Positions 19,481-35,141 of a stretch of 64,000 bases of DNA are shown here, piece by piece. The stretch's first letter is position 1. Every line of letters begins with the position of its first letter. Source of the stretch: Eledone cirrhosa (taxonomy: Eukaryota); contig OZ024753.1 in the NCBI GenBank assembly GCA_964016885.1, forward strand, positions 2,170,001 through 2,234,000, written 5' to 3'. Under the pieces are notes generated by a model. That model had not been told where the DNA came from. It made no database searches and saw only the letters and a program-made list of their open reading frames with translations. Both the position numbers and the translations under genes were made by a program.

Positions 19481-19815
19481 TGCATATCTCTCTCTCTATC
19501 TATTTCTCTATGTGTATATATATATATATATATATCTCCCCTTGATTACTCTACATACATGTGCCACTGTCCTGTGTGGCACCCTCTCTATCGGGGCGTT
19601 TTTTTTTTTCCTCTTTCCTTCTCTTCTGTCTTTTGTCTCTCTTTTTTATCGTCTCCTTTTCGTCTTTTTTTTCCTTAATAACTTCCTAAGTTATTATCGC
19701 ACCGCAGATAGATGTATTGTTTTTAATGCGCCGAAATATCTGTGACCTGCAGCAAACAACTGATGAGGGGAAATGTCTACCTCTACCTTTTTGTTTCCTT
19801 TACTTTCTCTCTCTC

Positions 19816-19857
<42 letters not shown>

Positions 19858-22800
19858 AGTACATTCGTGAATAAAAAAAATAATAACTTTATAATAATAT
19901 TAGTAGTATTCTATTCGTTTGAAAGCAAACAGCCATGTGTTTTAGATGAGTCCCTTCATACTTTTGTTCCAGCGGTAGCAAACAGAGAAACTATCAACAA
20001 TTGTTACAGGGTTATATTTTAATCTGACTTCTTTTTGCTATGTACATAGAGATGAGCTATTCACGGCTACTTCCGTGCAGACACACAGACATGCACACGT
20101 GGTACTGTGTAATGGAAAATGCAGTGAATAAGCTATTTGTCTGTTATAAACCAATATCACACTGTCCACAATGTGTAATGTTAAAGAAAAAAAATTCCTG
20201 CATGCTTTTAAAGTTCAGAACCCAAAATTTGTTAGCAATTATTTCATCTTTGGAAAACATTCCCACAAGATGAACTTCCCTCTGAAAAGGGATGAATTTC
20301 AGAACTTAAAATATGTCATTTACGAATCGTTTGGGAACATTAAATTAAACACCTCTAGAATCTCTGTTAGCTCATTACTATCAGATGTAGATGATTTATT
20401 TTGAAAATGTGCTTGGTAAAATTTTGTAAAAGAATTCATGATAAAGTTAACCATAGTATCTTAATTGTTTACATATTCGACAGTAGAGCGATAAAAGTCA
20501 ATATTAACTACTTAACTACTGGTTTCTAGAACGTTAACGCACAATGCAGTAAACGAAATACCATTTAGAATTAAATCTATAACTTGATTTCTGGAAACAC
20601 CACTATTCCGATAAGTAGTTTATAAGAAAATTGTACTAAGAGATATTTGCATTGAAATTGCTTTTATGCACAACGAGTCGCAGAACATCCACTGAACGTA
20701 AGGAAAAATGTTGTTAGTTCTCCAGTGACAAGATAGTGACAATACAAACAATAGAGGAACTTCTGAAGCCTATATTCTAAGCAGGGATATTGTTTAAATT
20801 TAATCATCAGAGTCGAGGAGAAATGTTCTTTACTTTCCCCATTGAACTCGAACTGTGACATATATACATACATATACATTTATACATACGCATGTACATA
20901 CAGAATACATGAATACATACATACATACGTATATATATTATATATATATATTTATACATTCATACACATGCATTCCTACATCTACATACATACGCACATA
21001 CATATATGCATACACACATGCATAGGCACATACGTATATGCATACATATGTACATTCTTACAAACATACATTCATACGTACGTAAAACATTCATACATAT
21101 ATGCATGCATACATATATACATACATGCATTCAGTGAATTTTCAGTAATTATTGTCTCCATCACCAACATCAATGTCTCAAATTGTGACTTGAGAAATGT
21201 TTGTTATTCTTCTGATCACAAACATCTTTTATTCATGAAGGTGGCATTATTTGTTGTGAACTTGAGTGCACCATGCAAAGAATCTATACAAACAACATAC
21301 CAGACTTCAGTAACGACATCAACAACATCGCTTGATGAACACAGCAAAAACAACATCAGTAAAGATCAACAAAATATTGATAGTCGTAAAAGAAATTGAA
21401 CTTATAAAGTACATTTTTCTTGTAGTTATGAATTCAATAACAATAATGACTTATTGAATTGCTATTAAATGGCGTATCAGATTTCTCAGCTGGCTATTTG
21501 AATAGAATGAAAATATACTCGGACTAAGTCTACCGTGAACTAAATTATTTCACAACAAAACAACTACACTAGCATGCGATATTTGTTGAATGTAAGCGGA
21601 GGGTCGCCGCTTGTAATTTTATTCTCAACATTGAGAACGGTAAACAGCTTTGCATAGATATTGCTGTAAATAGAAAATACATTTCTATAGCAAGTATGGA
21701 AATTATATTGGACCACCTTCAGCCAGGGTTATCTACTCTGTTGGCTAAAGATGTATACATCCACACAGTGGCATATGCAAAATATACGCACAGACATTCA
21801 CACACATATTTTTATTTACACATACATGCATACATATCTAAATTTGGAAGAGCTTTGTTTTTGGGTTGCAGATCGTTTCTTTTTCTATTAAATGAGATCT
21901 GATAAAATATAACCAAAGAATATATAGGCAAAAGGGCATAAAATTATACGAAATAATATCGAATATAGACGTATCTTCCAAAATAAGAAATATATGTGGT
22001 ACATTTGAATTAGAAAATCCATTAACGGCTAAGTAGAATAGCTATAATCTATTACTACAGCAATTTAATTTTGGAAAACTATTAATATTTTTAAGTATCC
22101 CTTAACACAAATATATAGAAGCATAAAAATTAAGATTTATAGAAATATTCCAAACTATATAAATATATTGCGACTGGATTTGTTTGGTATATCAATATAA
22201 GTATTTTGTCAAAGGGAAAAGTATTTTATTTTATTAGCTTCAGTTACAGATTCTATATTTCCTGATTAGCACTTTACATTCCAAACTACTTTAAAGCTAT
22301 AAACAGTTGTACTGAGAACGGCTATGTGGCATCTTCGTTTACTAGAAATAACAGTTAAATCTCCTTCAAATCACGCTACACTGAAATAAACAAGAAAAGA
22401 TACACACATTATATAATGTACTTCTAGCATTATCATAGCTAGAATGTATTTGATAATAAGTTTACCCAAACAAGATTGACCTGGTATTAAAAACAAACAA
22501 CAGCCAACGGATACATAGCTGTCAATTTATAACGACCATTAAAAACATGTTAAGCATATTTGATAATGTAAAAGGTCTACTATGCCTAAAACCAAAATAG
22601 CATGATCAAGTCGGTAATACATTTAACTATAGATCTGCTTGATCTGCTTGAGTTTAACCTGAATTGAACAATCAGGGCAACACCAAATGTTAAAGCAACT
22701 AAACTTTCAAGTACAATTACATGAGCCAGTGAGGGAGCTTTTACGTTTTGATGTTACCTGCTGAACATAGCAGGTAACATAAAAACTCCTGCATTTATTT

Positions 22801-23929
22801 TAGTCTTAAGTATTAGAACAACCCTTTCTACAAAAAAGAATGGTAATACACGTGACGTGATGATTTGATCAAATACCACACTTGATTATATTTCACTAAA
22901 CGTTATAAATGTGAAGAACAAAACAAAACCCAAACCCCTACCACCCCAAAAAAGAAAGAAAAAAGAAAGAAAATAAAGAAAGTATGAACACCGTTCAGAC
23001 TTTTGAAATTCTATTCAACTATTTGCAACTAATTTTGCATTGTAAACATATAATGTTAAGACTGTAAAATACTTTCATAGGCAAAATACTTTCAAATCGA
23101 AATGATCGTAGCTGCTTCTAGCAAGAGCAGTAAATAAATCGTCTGAATTGTAACGACAAACACTTTAGGGCTGAATCAATCATCATGAACTAAATCACTG
23201 TTTAGTTTTGTATTATATAATACCTGAACAATTTTGTGCTCCTTGATGGAAATATTACGCAAGTTGTGCTCTCAAAATCTGTGCACCTTCTCGCCAATTC
23301 TCACATCTGAGGCAATCAATTCTCAAGTACAAAACGTTTTCACGGGTATCTTTAACTAACCTTCTGTTGTAATACGTAATCATTTGCGTCTAGGATTAAG
23401 ATCATGGTGTGTAATGCCAGGAAGAACCGATTTAAAAACAATCACAACATCAGTGGTGTGCACATCATGAACGAACGAATCGATCAGATAAGGAAAACTA
23501 TTTTATCTACGTAGAAGTTTTAACTTGGTAGGTTTTCGTTTCCTCTTTCATAATTTATCTATTTTAAACATGTTTTCAATGATATCTTCCATATTTAACT
23601 TTTGTCCTTCATCGAGACAAATAAGAATATTATTATATCTTCTAATATGTCACATATTTTATCTTTTAATTACATATTCGATTAGAATACATTTAATGAA
23701 TAAATGCATAAAGAGACATAGTATCTAGAAATTGATAAATTTTGATAAATTTTGCATAAAATCAGTTAATGAATGAATCCATAAAAATTCGAAAAAAGCA
23801 GGCAAATATTTGCCAACTTATATTAATGAGGTATAACTTTACTCTTCAAATCTCATATCAGTGATTAGGATAGGAATTATCCAAGGTTCTACAAGTGACG
23901 ACGATCACAGTTGGAAACCATTAGAAATA

Positions 23930-23986
<57 letters not shown>

Positions 23987-23997
23987 ATGTTATTTAA

Positions 23998-24099
23998 TCC
24001 CGCCGAGGTTAACTTTGCCTTTCATCCTTACGGGGTCGATACAATAAAGTAGCAGTAATGTACTGGGTAATTGATGGCCTTGTGCCAATAGTAGAAAGA
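23998..24099 (+). mobile_element. 5'-truncated young Meta/MESC-type SINE
   Basis: Core nearly identical to the copy at 5983. Target-site duplication GTTATTTAA at 23989-23997 and 24100-24108. Confidence 0.85.
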
Positions 24100-24194
24100 G
24101 TTATTTAAAAGATTCTGAGGAGATCAATATAGCAGAAATCAATATTCCTGTTATGTTGATCGAAACGTTCGTCAATCAATCAAATGATTTAATT

Positions 24195-24254
<60 letters not shown>

Positions 24255-24517
24255 TTTAAGACTATATAGAGCATTTGAAGTTTTTCTAAATTGAAGGATG
24301 AGTATTTAAACTTTATTTTATTCAGAGTTAAGGCTCTATTGATTTTTCCCTGGATTTCACAAAATTCTATGGATAAATCTATGTCTTGATTTTTTTTGAA
24401 TTAAGTTTGAATTATTTTCCCACATCTTACGTTAATTATTTTCCATTTTGACGTTATAGTCACTTATATATTATGAAATACTGTTGGCTTCACGCTCACA
24501 CTAATTTCTATACTTTC

Positions 24518-24557
<40 letters not shown>

Positions 24558-24610
24558 GAAAAAAATGTAAAGAATAACATGGTCAACAGTACAAAAAGGG
24601 GAATTTATTT

Positions 24611-24722
24611 ACAGTCTAACAATTGTTTCTCTGATTGAGTTGTCTAAACATTGCTGAACACTAGAAGCAGTGCCACTCAATTTTAAATACGATGTTAGCT
24701 CAATCATCTCATCAGAAACTAT
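24611..24722 (-). ncRNA. Hammerhead-like motif of Penelope pLTR type with long helix II
   Basis: Minus strand: ATAGTTT-CTGATGA-GA-TGATTGAG...CTCAATCA-GA-GAAAC-AATT-GTT-AGACTGT, with palindromic helix III ACAATTGT, followed by AATAAA. Confidence 0.6.
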
Positions 24723-24923
24723 TATAAAAAATATATATAAGCGGCAAATTTTCAATTTTATTACTCCAAGATAAACTTACATAGGAATACAAGTTAAATC
24801 ATAAACTCGCCATCTATGTAAACCTGTTGCTGAGTTAAACAAAGCCGTACGCTAAAACTATCCATAATAAGAAGTATTCACAACCACTAACTGGATTACT
24901 TATAAGGATATTTTGTTATCCCT

Positions 24924-24966
<43 letters not shown>

Positions 24967-24990
24967 GAATATATATATATATATATATAT

Positions 24991-25255
24991 CCCAAAAGTC
25001 AGCTCAAAAGTGACACAGAGGAGACTGAGGTTAGCTGGACATGCTCACCGACGTCCAGAGTTGACATTGCACTCAGTGCTCCTGTGGGAGCCCCTACATG
25101 GACACACTGGAAGAGGAAGACCAAAGTTAACGTATGTTGATGCTCTAAGGACAGACACTGGTCTGTTGGAGACGCAGGACATGGCAGCGATAATGAGGGA
25201 CGGAGACCGCTGGAGAGAACTCGTCCATGGATCTCTGGAATTTTACCCGCCCTAG
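24991..25255 (+). mobile_element. RTE-clade LINE 3' end, 5'-truncated, inserted in (TA)n
   Basis: Uninterrupted reading frame RRLRLAGHAHRRPE...LLWEPLHGHTGRGRPKLTYVDAL...MRDGDRWRELV, with a TA/TAGA tail directly after the stop codon. Confidence 0.9.
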
Positions 25256-25401
25256 ATATATATATAGATATGTGTGTGTATGTGAAAGTATTTTTGGAAC
25301 GCGGCGATCGAAGTTTAGAATTGAAATAGAAATAGAAGCTTTACCGTAATATTATTTATTATAATATAGTCTTATAATATAGTATTTTATAAATATATAT
25401 A

Positions 25402-25456
<55 letters not shown>

Positions 25457-26033
25457 GATAGGTAGATAGATACATATACACACATGCACACATACATGTG
25501 TGTGTGCGTTTATATATGATGTATGTGTATGGCGGACTCTCTGACTTAAATTCTGCGGAACTTGTATTCTCTGGCTAGATTTCTTTTTTGCTTGTTGCTA
25601 GGTTTTACGTCTTCAAACATTTAAAGAAAACCACTCGTGTCAAACAAGTGTTTGTCTCTAGAAAATGTTATGTATTGGTACTTCCACACCCCTCATATGT
25701 TTTGCAATACGCGACAAAGATCGAATATCTTGGAACCACAAATTGAACCCCAAATAGAGTTTTTATCAATGTATACCATTTACGTTTTATACCAATTCTA
25801 ATATCAGAATCAACGTGCTAAGTTTCTATTTACTTTCCCTATGTCAGAAATTTTCCATTCCCTAAAGCGCGTTTTATTTATTTTCTTGGGTTTTATCTTC
25901 TCCGACATCTCATATAAAAAAGCTGAAAATATATTTATATTTACTGAACTTTTGAACACATTATTTTTATTATAGTGTCCTTCCTCCAGCAGGTCTTAAA
26001 AAACGCCCGGGTCTGTTTCATACATAAAATAAT

Positions 26034-26220
26034 TGTTTCTACTTTTGGCACAAGGCCAGCAATTATCCCAGTGTATTACTGGTACTTTATTTTATCGACC
26101 CCTTAAGGATGAAAGGCAAAGTTAACCTCGGAGGGTTTTGAACTCAGTTCGTAAAGGGACGTAACTGTGCTGCAAAGCATGGCGTCCGACCCTCTACCGA
26201 TACTGCCAATCCACCGCCCT
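26034..26220 (-). mobile_element. Young full-length Meta/MESC-type tRNA SINE
   Basis: Reverse complement of the 5983 family. 18-bp target-site duplication TTTCATACATAAAATAAT at 26016-26033 and 26221-26238. Confidence 0.92.
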
Positions 26221-26319
26221 TTTCATACATAAAATAATAAAACCTCTTAAAGTTAAAATATCACTGCACTCCGACATTCGTATGCATTATCCGCTTGCAA
26301 AAGGTCAATCTTGTAAATA

Positions 26320-26625
26320 TTCTTTTGAATTTAATTGATTCTTTTTCTGTTTATCATATTTAACTAGCATCACCCTATTTATCTCTGAAATGTGGCTAAC
26401 ATAATTTCTGGTGATGCCATCTAAGTACATTATTTATATTCGATAAATCTCACTATAAAGTTTCTTTCTATATAGTTTATTATTCTTTTCACGGCTTTTT
26501 CCAATTTCACCAATTTTACTTTTAACCCATACAGCCTGACGTTTTTTTGATTTTTTTTCAAAATCTATTACAAGTAACATTCTCCAGCTTTTAATATTCT
26601 CCCCATTTTTCAGTACATTTCCTGA
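26320..26625. repeat. Old dispersed repeat, copy 1 (copy 2 at about 27985-28305)
   Basis: Shared colinear blocks TTTGAATTTAATTGATT, ATCTAAGTA, TATATAGTTTATTATTC, TTTTAATATTCTCC and TTCAGTACATTTC. Confidence 0.7.
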
Positions 26626-26657
26626 AAAATATATGTATACATACCTATATATATATA

Positions 26658-26702
<45 letters not shown>

Positions 26703-26739
26703 ATATATATAATATATATATATGTTTGTATGTATATAC

Positions 26740-27215
26740 CCAGGATGATGGTGATATGTATTAAGCAAAGCATTGACTGAAGGGTGATGAGATGGTCAAA
26801 GTTGCGATAATGTATGGTGTCTATAATAATAAGTGTTATACAAATATGTGGTTTAAGAAATTGTAACAGAGGCCGTGTGATAATGGTACTTAGAAATAGG
26901 TAAGATATAGAGGAATAAGTAAGTCAATCAAATATAACGTTTTTAGCGGTGTTTGTATTGGGTGTAGATTAAGCAGTCATTCATTCATCTGTCAGCTATT
27001 AGCGAAGTAATAGGATTAAAGTCTTAGAGAATCTTAAAATGTTGATGTTTACAAAGTGAAATTAGTTAAGAATTCTTATTAAACAAGGGAAGATTGCAGA
27101 ATTGAATTTAAAATTCTTCATATGATAAAGCTGGCAGGGTCCTCCTACAATTATAATTATATGCTTTAGCGATATATAAAATTTCCATGCAGCGTTGAGG
27201 TCTTAAAGATAAGAT

Positions 27216-27216
<1 letters not shown>
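26740..27216 (-). mobile_element. Decayed Penelope-like (Naiad-type) GIY-YIG C-terminus plus 3' region
   Basis: Frameshifted translation W-ILYIAKAYN..PCQL..LFNKNS*LISLCKHQ resembles the W.IL..A..Y...C.LC..E...LLN...ELIS.C.H tail of these elements. Flanked by TA tracts. Confidence 0.5.
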
Positions 27217-27311
<95 letters not shown>

Positions 27312-27984
27312 AAGTTTAACGGGTTTATGAGATGGATATAATTGAAAGTTATCTGTGTGGCCGCTGAACCTAAAATTTAGTTCACGTGGGGTTAAAATTT
27401 CATGTCATCATCGATTTTTTCGTATTAATTTCTTTTACAGAAGAGTTAATGTTATTTAGTACAGCCTAAGCATTTTCTTATAGGTATTTCAGTATAGAGT
27501 TAGAGAGAAGACGGTGATACATTTTCTATTCAATTTTACTGATGTTCTTACTGGTTGTACTTGATTTTGTTAATTTTCTTATTAAATTCAAGTAACAATT
27601 TATTAGTTTTGCTATTGAACTATTTATTTTAAAACATAGATAATAAATCATTTTCAAACAGTTGTACTAATATATTGAGGCGGGGTAGGGGGTGGGAGTG
27701 GGGGTATTATAAGGTTTCTAGGTCATATATTTATTGGTATAGAATATTGGCTTCCAATATGGTTTTAAGGCTATATATATATTAGGTATGTAATATTGGC
27801 ATATACAAGTTCAATATGGTCCACTGTAATTAATTTACTATCGCCGTCCCTATATTATGTATAAATCTATAACAATATTTCTTTGTTATATTATAGATTA
27901 GTATATCGTAACTATGTTTATTCATAAACTCCATTTCTCTGAATACGTCTCCTTTATAAATTTTATCGATCCTTTAACAATTCA

Positions 27985-28305
27985 TTTGAATTTAATTGAT
28001 TTTTATTGATTTTCTCTGTGTTTATCTTATTTTACCTCCATTACCCTAAGTCTCATTCTAATGTTTCTAACACAATTTCTGTATATGCTATCTAAGTATA
28101 TTATTCATATTCTATAAATCTCACAGCACTTTTTATATAGTTTATTATTCCATTCATCTACTCAGTTCTAATTACACCCATTTCTCTTTTACCCCCTAAA
28201 CTATACACTCTAACCATTTTTGTTTAAATGTTTTTTTTTTCAAAATCGATTACGAGTAACGTTCTCTTTCTTTTAATATTCTCCACCTCCTTCAGTACAT
28301 TTCTT
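27985..28305. repeat. Old dispersed repeat, copy 2
   Basis: Colinear similarity to 26320-26625. Confidence 0.7.
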
Positions 28306-29309
28306 TACACGCTGGGAGAGAAACGATCATAGTTCATATATTCCCCTACTCTAATCATGTATTTTAGAACTTTCAAACTTTAACGGTTGGTAATATTCAT
28401 ATATGCTAATAGCCTGCCAAACATGCAGCTGGCTTCTTCCCAACTTCCCATAGCACAGTATTTGAATATAACCTTGGAATTGGTAGTAGTTTTCTAGATT
28501 CAATAATTATCATGCAAAACTCCGTCTTTTTCCACTTTGGGTCCTTGAGATTTCCTTATACATATAAGATTATTCCCTGGATTTCGTTTACAGACATAAA
28601 TAAACATACAGATGTGATCTAAGGCTCACGAACGTCGTGTGTTCGAATCATGTTGTTCTTTCTACCAGGAGTTGCAACTAACAGATAGTAGCATCAATGA
28701 GAAGACCAATTGAAATATTGCTTTTTGGGTCCGATCTAACGAGTGGATCCTTTCCTGGTCCCCCCTCAACACACGAGCATACCTATGCGTACTCAATAAG
28801 AAATGGTAGAATAGAGAAGTGTCTTCACTGAACAATATGTACAAAGAATGTGAAGAACCTTCTCCACTTGCTTATCCTAATTATGTAACATGAACTTACA
28901 CGTTACACAGTGTAATACTGTCAGGTATATGATGATGATATGCTGGTGATAAAGATTGTTTGCAATGTGGCTCTTGTAGCTAAACGTATAACATGGGAGT
29001 GTGTAATGCTCATTATATTGAGTTCCATGAAGGTTTTCTAAGCTATTAGACAACGGTTTTTAAATGGAATCTATGACAATCCGATGTAGCTGATGTGTTT
29101 TCCCTAATCTCTGTTATCGCAACAATGTTTTTTGTTGCGATATAATACAAGGCTGTCATCTTTGCATATATATATATAGAAAATAGCCCTCAATCAATAG
29201 TTACTCTCTGACGCACTTCATTCTCTCCTATAGCTTTGTAGAAAAACAACATAAACATTTATTCCTATCTTCTGCATATCTTTCCTCCTATAAAAATATA
29301 TGAACTTAT

Positions 29310-29575
29310 TTCTGAAGGTCAACCTTTAAAAAACTGCTGACTAAACTACACACTTGTTTATCTGCCGTGAAAGAAAAAAGTTCCCTGTTTTCTTTCATTT
29401 TCTTTTTTACTCTCGTCTATTTCGTTTTCTTTTGCCAAAACATCCACTATTTTCTCCCGATGAATTGAAAACGCCCGAAACGTTAAGACTACATCAAGCG
29501 TTAAACTAACATATAACATTGTATTGTAGTGTTTCTCCTTGTTTTTGTTTTCTTTTAGTTTGCTTTTATCTCTTG
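29310..29575 (+). mobile_element. Probable Penelope-like pLTR remnant with degenerate hammerhead
   Basis: CCGATGA...CGAAACGTTA at 29457-29485 within a T-rich, pLTR-like tract. Confidence 0.4.
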
Positions 29576-30078
29576 CATACTGAATATCTGCTCATTTTGT
29601 TATATCGATAAAAAAGTAAAGTAACTAGTTTGCATACCTTGACATCAGTAAATCAGTTCGTACTAACATCAAACAGTTTTACACAGGCTGAATGAAATAT
29701 TTTAAAATGTGCAAAATTATGTCAAATATATGCTGTCTAACAGGTATTGAAGTTTTTTGTACCATCGTTTTCAAAACTAAAGTTTTTTGAGATGAAAAAT
29801 TAAACATTTAGAATTGTGAAATTTGAATTTTCTTTTCTTCTATTTTTTATAAGAGTGGATTAAGGTGATGCTGTTTTTTTCTTTACAAGTACAGCTTCGT
29901 TGCATCCCTGATTTAGGTATTGATCATATCCAAGATGCCGTTTGATAAAAAGACACCTTGAAAAAAGCAGTTAGATGTCAGAATAGGCAGATATGATAGT
30001 GCCAAGATATGGGAATTGTTGAGGTCTGAAATATAGAATTTTAAAACACACACAAACACACACACACACACAGACACA

Positions 30079-30157
<79 letters not shown>

Positions 30158-30687
30158 GTGCATACATTTTTGAAGATATAAGGATGAGAAGAAAGGAATA
30201 CTTTATATATATATATTGGAACTTATTTAAACGTTTGCTCTAAGTTGAACCTACAATGTTAATTTCACTTAGAATTCTGTCGCTTCAAGCAATGGCCATC
30301 TCCCAAACCCATTGTAGCGAGTAACGTAGTTTAAGCATCTGAGATACGCTAAGAGGTAAATGTTTTGATAGGATCACGCCAAGTGTTATATGTGTTAACA
30401 TTAAACCATGGATTATTGTCATACTCGCAGATCAGTACGGACATAGCTTGGAAGCGGACGTCTCGAGAAAATAAAATTGAGTGGGGTTTTACTATCACTT
30501 CTGCGGGCCAAAACACTTCTAGCAGCTGATTTATATCCTTTGAGGTAAATTTTACCTGATACTGTTATTGAGGGTATTTGCTGTTTTAACAGGTTCTTGC
30601 GTTGACGTCTTCTCAGTATTCTACGAATTTTATTACACTCGTGCTTCAAGCACGATATTTGAGATAATTTTGTTTATATATATATAT

Positions 30688-30876
30688 AATTGTTTCTACT
30701 CTAGGCACAAGGCCAGCAATTACCCAGTGCATTACTGGTACTTTATTTTATCGACCCCGTAAGGATGAAAGGCAAAGTCAACTTCGGCGGGATTTGAACT
30801 CACATCGTAAAGGGACGTAACTATGCTGGAAAGCATGGCGTCCGACCCTCTACCGATACTGCCAATCCACCGCCCT
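30688..30876 (-). mobile_element. Young full-length Meta/MESC-type tRNA SINE inserted in a TA tract
   Basis: Reverse complement of the 5983 family, with TTATATATATATAT on both sides. Confidence 0.92.
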
Positions 30877-30877
30877 T

Positions 30878-33142
<2,265 letters not shown>

Positions 33143-33305
33143 AGAAATTGGAATAAATGCTCTGAAATAGCGATATATATGTGAATATAGACATAGAATA
33201 TTCGAAAATATTCTGTATGTTTATAATAAACATTTTGAAGACCTAATCGCTATAGAATAGAATACGTCACGTATTACAATTAGATTCTCGATAAAAGCAA
33301 GGGAA

Positions 33306-33348
33306 GTAATCTACGCGTTTCATTCTCGTTAGAAATCATCAGGACTAC
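33306..33348 (-). ncRNA. Type I hammerhead ribozyme, unit 1
   Basis: Minus strand GTAGTC-CTGATGA-TTTCTAACGAGAAT-GAAAC-GC-GTA^GATTAC. Confidence 0.85.
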
Positions 33349-33615
33349 ATATCCAGTGCTTTTATCGAGAATGACACAGCTAGAGACTTATAGAATACTT
33401 AGCTGTGTACAGGAACTGGTTTGAAAGAGCGGTTGCCGGTCCGGCAGAAATTAGAAATTGGAATAAATGCTCTGAAATAGCGATATATATGTGAATATAG
33501 ACATAGAATATTCGAAAATATTCTGTATGTTTATAATAAACATTTTGAAGACCTAATCGCTATAGAATAGAATACGTCACGTATTACAATTAGATTCTCG
33601 ATAAAAGCAAGGGAA

Positions 33616-33658
33616 GTAATCTACGCGTTTCATTCTCGTTAGAAATCATCAGGACTAC
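33616..33658 (-). ncRNA. Type I hammerhead ribozyme, unit 2
   Basis: Identical to the unit 1 motif. Confidence 0.85.
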
Positions 33659-33925
33659 ATATCCAGTGCTTTTATCGAGAATGACACAGCTAGAGACTTA
33701 TAGAATACTTAGCTGTGTACAGGAACTGGTTTGAAAGAGCGGTTGCCGGTCCGGCAGAAATTAGAAATTGGAATAAATGCTCTGAAATAGCGATATATAT
33801 GTGAATATAGACATAGAATATTCGAAAATATTCTGTATGTTTATAATAAACATTTTGAAGACCTAATCGCTATAGAATAGAATACGTCACGTATTACAAT
33901 TAGATTCTCGATAAAAGCAAGGGAA

Positions 33926-33968
33926 GTAATCTACGCGTTTCATTCTCGTTAGAAATCATCAGGACTAC
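33926..33968 (-). ncRNA. Type I hammerhead ribozyme, unit 3
   Basis: Identical to the unit 1 motif. Confidence 0.85.
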
Positions 33969-34235
33969 ATATCCAGTGCTTTTATCGAGAATGACACAGC
34001 TAGAGACTTATAGAATACTTAGCTGTGTACAGGAACTGGTTTGAAAGAGCGGTTGCCGGTCCGGCAGAAATTAGAAATTGGAATAAATGCTCTGAAATAG
34101 CGATATATATGTGAATATAGACATAGAATATTCGAAAATATTCTGTATGTTTATAATAAACATTTTGAAGACCTAATCGCTATAGAATAGAATACGTCAC
34201 GTATTACAATTAGATTCTCGATAAAAGCAAGGGAA

Positions 34236-34278
34236 GTAATCTACGCGTTTCATTCTCGTTAGAAATCATCAGGACTAC
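34236..34278 (-). ncRNA. Type I hammerhead ribozyme, unit 4
   Basis: Identical to the unit 1 motif. Confidence 0.85.
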
Positions 34279-34545
34279 ATATCCAGTGCTTTTATCGAGA
34301 ATGACACAGCTAGAGACTTATAGAATACTTAGCTGTGTACAGGAACTGGTTTGAAAGAGCGGTTGCCGGTCCGGCAGGAATTAGAAATTGGAATAAATGC
34401 TCTGAAATAGCGATATATATGTGAATATAGACATAGAATATTCGAAAATATTCTGTATGTTTATAATAAACATTTTGAAGACCTAATCGCTATAGAATAG
34501 AATACGTCACGTATTACAATTAGATTCTCGATAAAAGCAAGGGAA

Positions 34546-34588
34546 GTAATCTACGCGTTTCATTCTCGTTAGAAATCATCAGGACTAC
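34546..34588 (-). ncRNA. Type I hammerhead ribozyme, unit 5
   Basis: Identical to the unit 1 motif. Confidence 0.85.
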
Positions 34589-34788
34589 ATATCCAGTGCT
34601 TTTATCGAGAATGACACAGCTAGAGACTTATAGAATACTTAGCTGTGTACAGGAACTGGTTTGAAAGAGCGGTTGCCGGTCCGGCAGAAATTAGAAATTG
34701 GAATAAATGCTCTGAAACCAGTTCCTGTACACAGCTAAGTATTCTATAAGTCTTTAGCTGTGTCATTCTCGATAAAAGCACTGGATAT

Positions 34789-34831
34789 GTAGTCCTGATG
34801 ATTTCTAACGAGAATGAAACGCGTAGATTAC
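34789..34831 (+). ncRNA. Type I hammerhead ribozyme, inverted unit 1
   Basis: Helix I GTAGTC/GATTAC, CTGATGA at 34795-34801, GAAA at 34816-34819, predicted GUA cleavage after 34825. Confidence 0.85.
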
Positions 34832-35098
34832 TTCCCTTGCTTTTATCGAGAATCTAATTGTAATACGTGACGTATTCTATTCTATAGCGATTAGGTCTTC
34901 AAAATGTTTATTATAAACATACAGAATATTTTCGAATATTCTATGTCTATATTCACATATATATCGCTATTTCAGAGCATTTATTCCAATTTCTAATTTC
35001 TGCCGGACCGGCAACCGCTCTTTCAAACCAGTTCCTGTACACAGCTAAGTATTCTATAAGTCTCTAGCTGTGTCATTCTCGATAAAAGCACTGGATAT

Positions 35099-35141
35099 GT
35101 AGTCCTGATGATTTCTAACGAGAATGAAACGCGTAGATTAC
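35099..35141 (+). ncRNA. Type I hammerhead ribozyme, inverted unit 2
   Basis: Same motif 310 bp downstream, with predicted cleavage after 35135. Confidence 0.85.

Noticed and set aside
21140-21399. T/S/N-rich open frame after a TACA tract
   Set aside because: Low complexity with no motif, so it cannot be supported as an exon.
30419-30649. 76-aa basic ORF on the minus strand
   Set aside because: No recognisable domain, a non-ATG start and no clear splice context.
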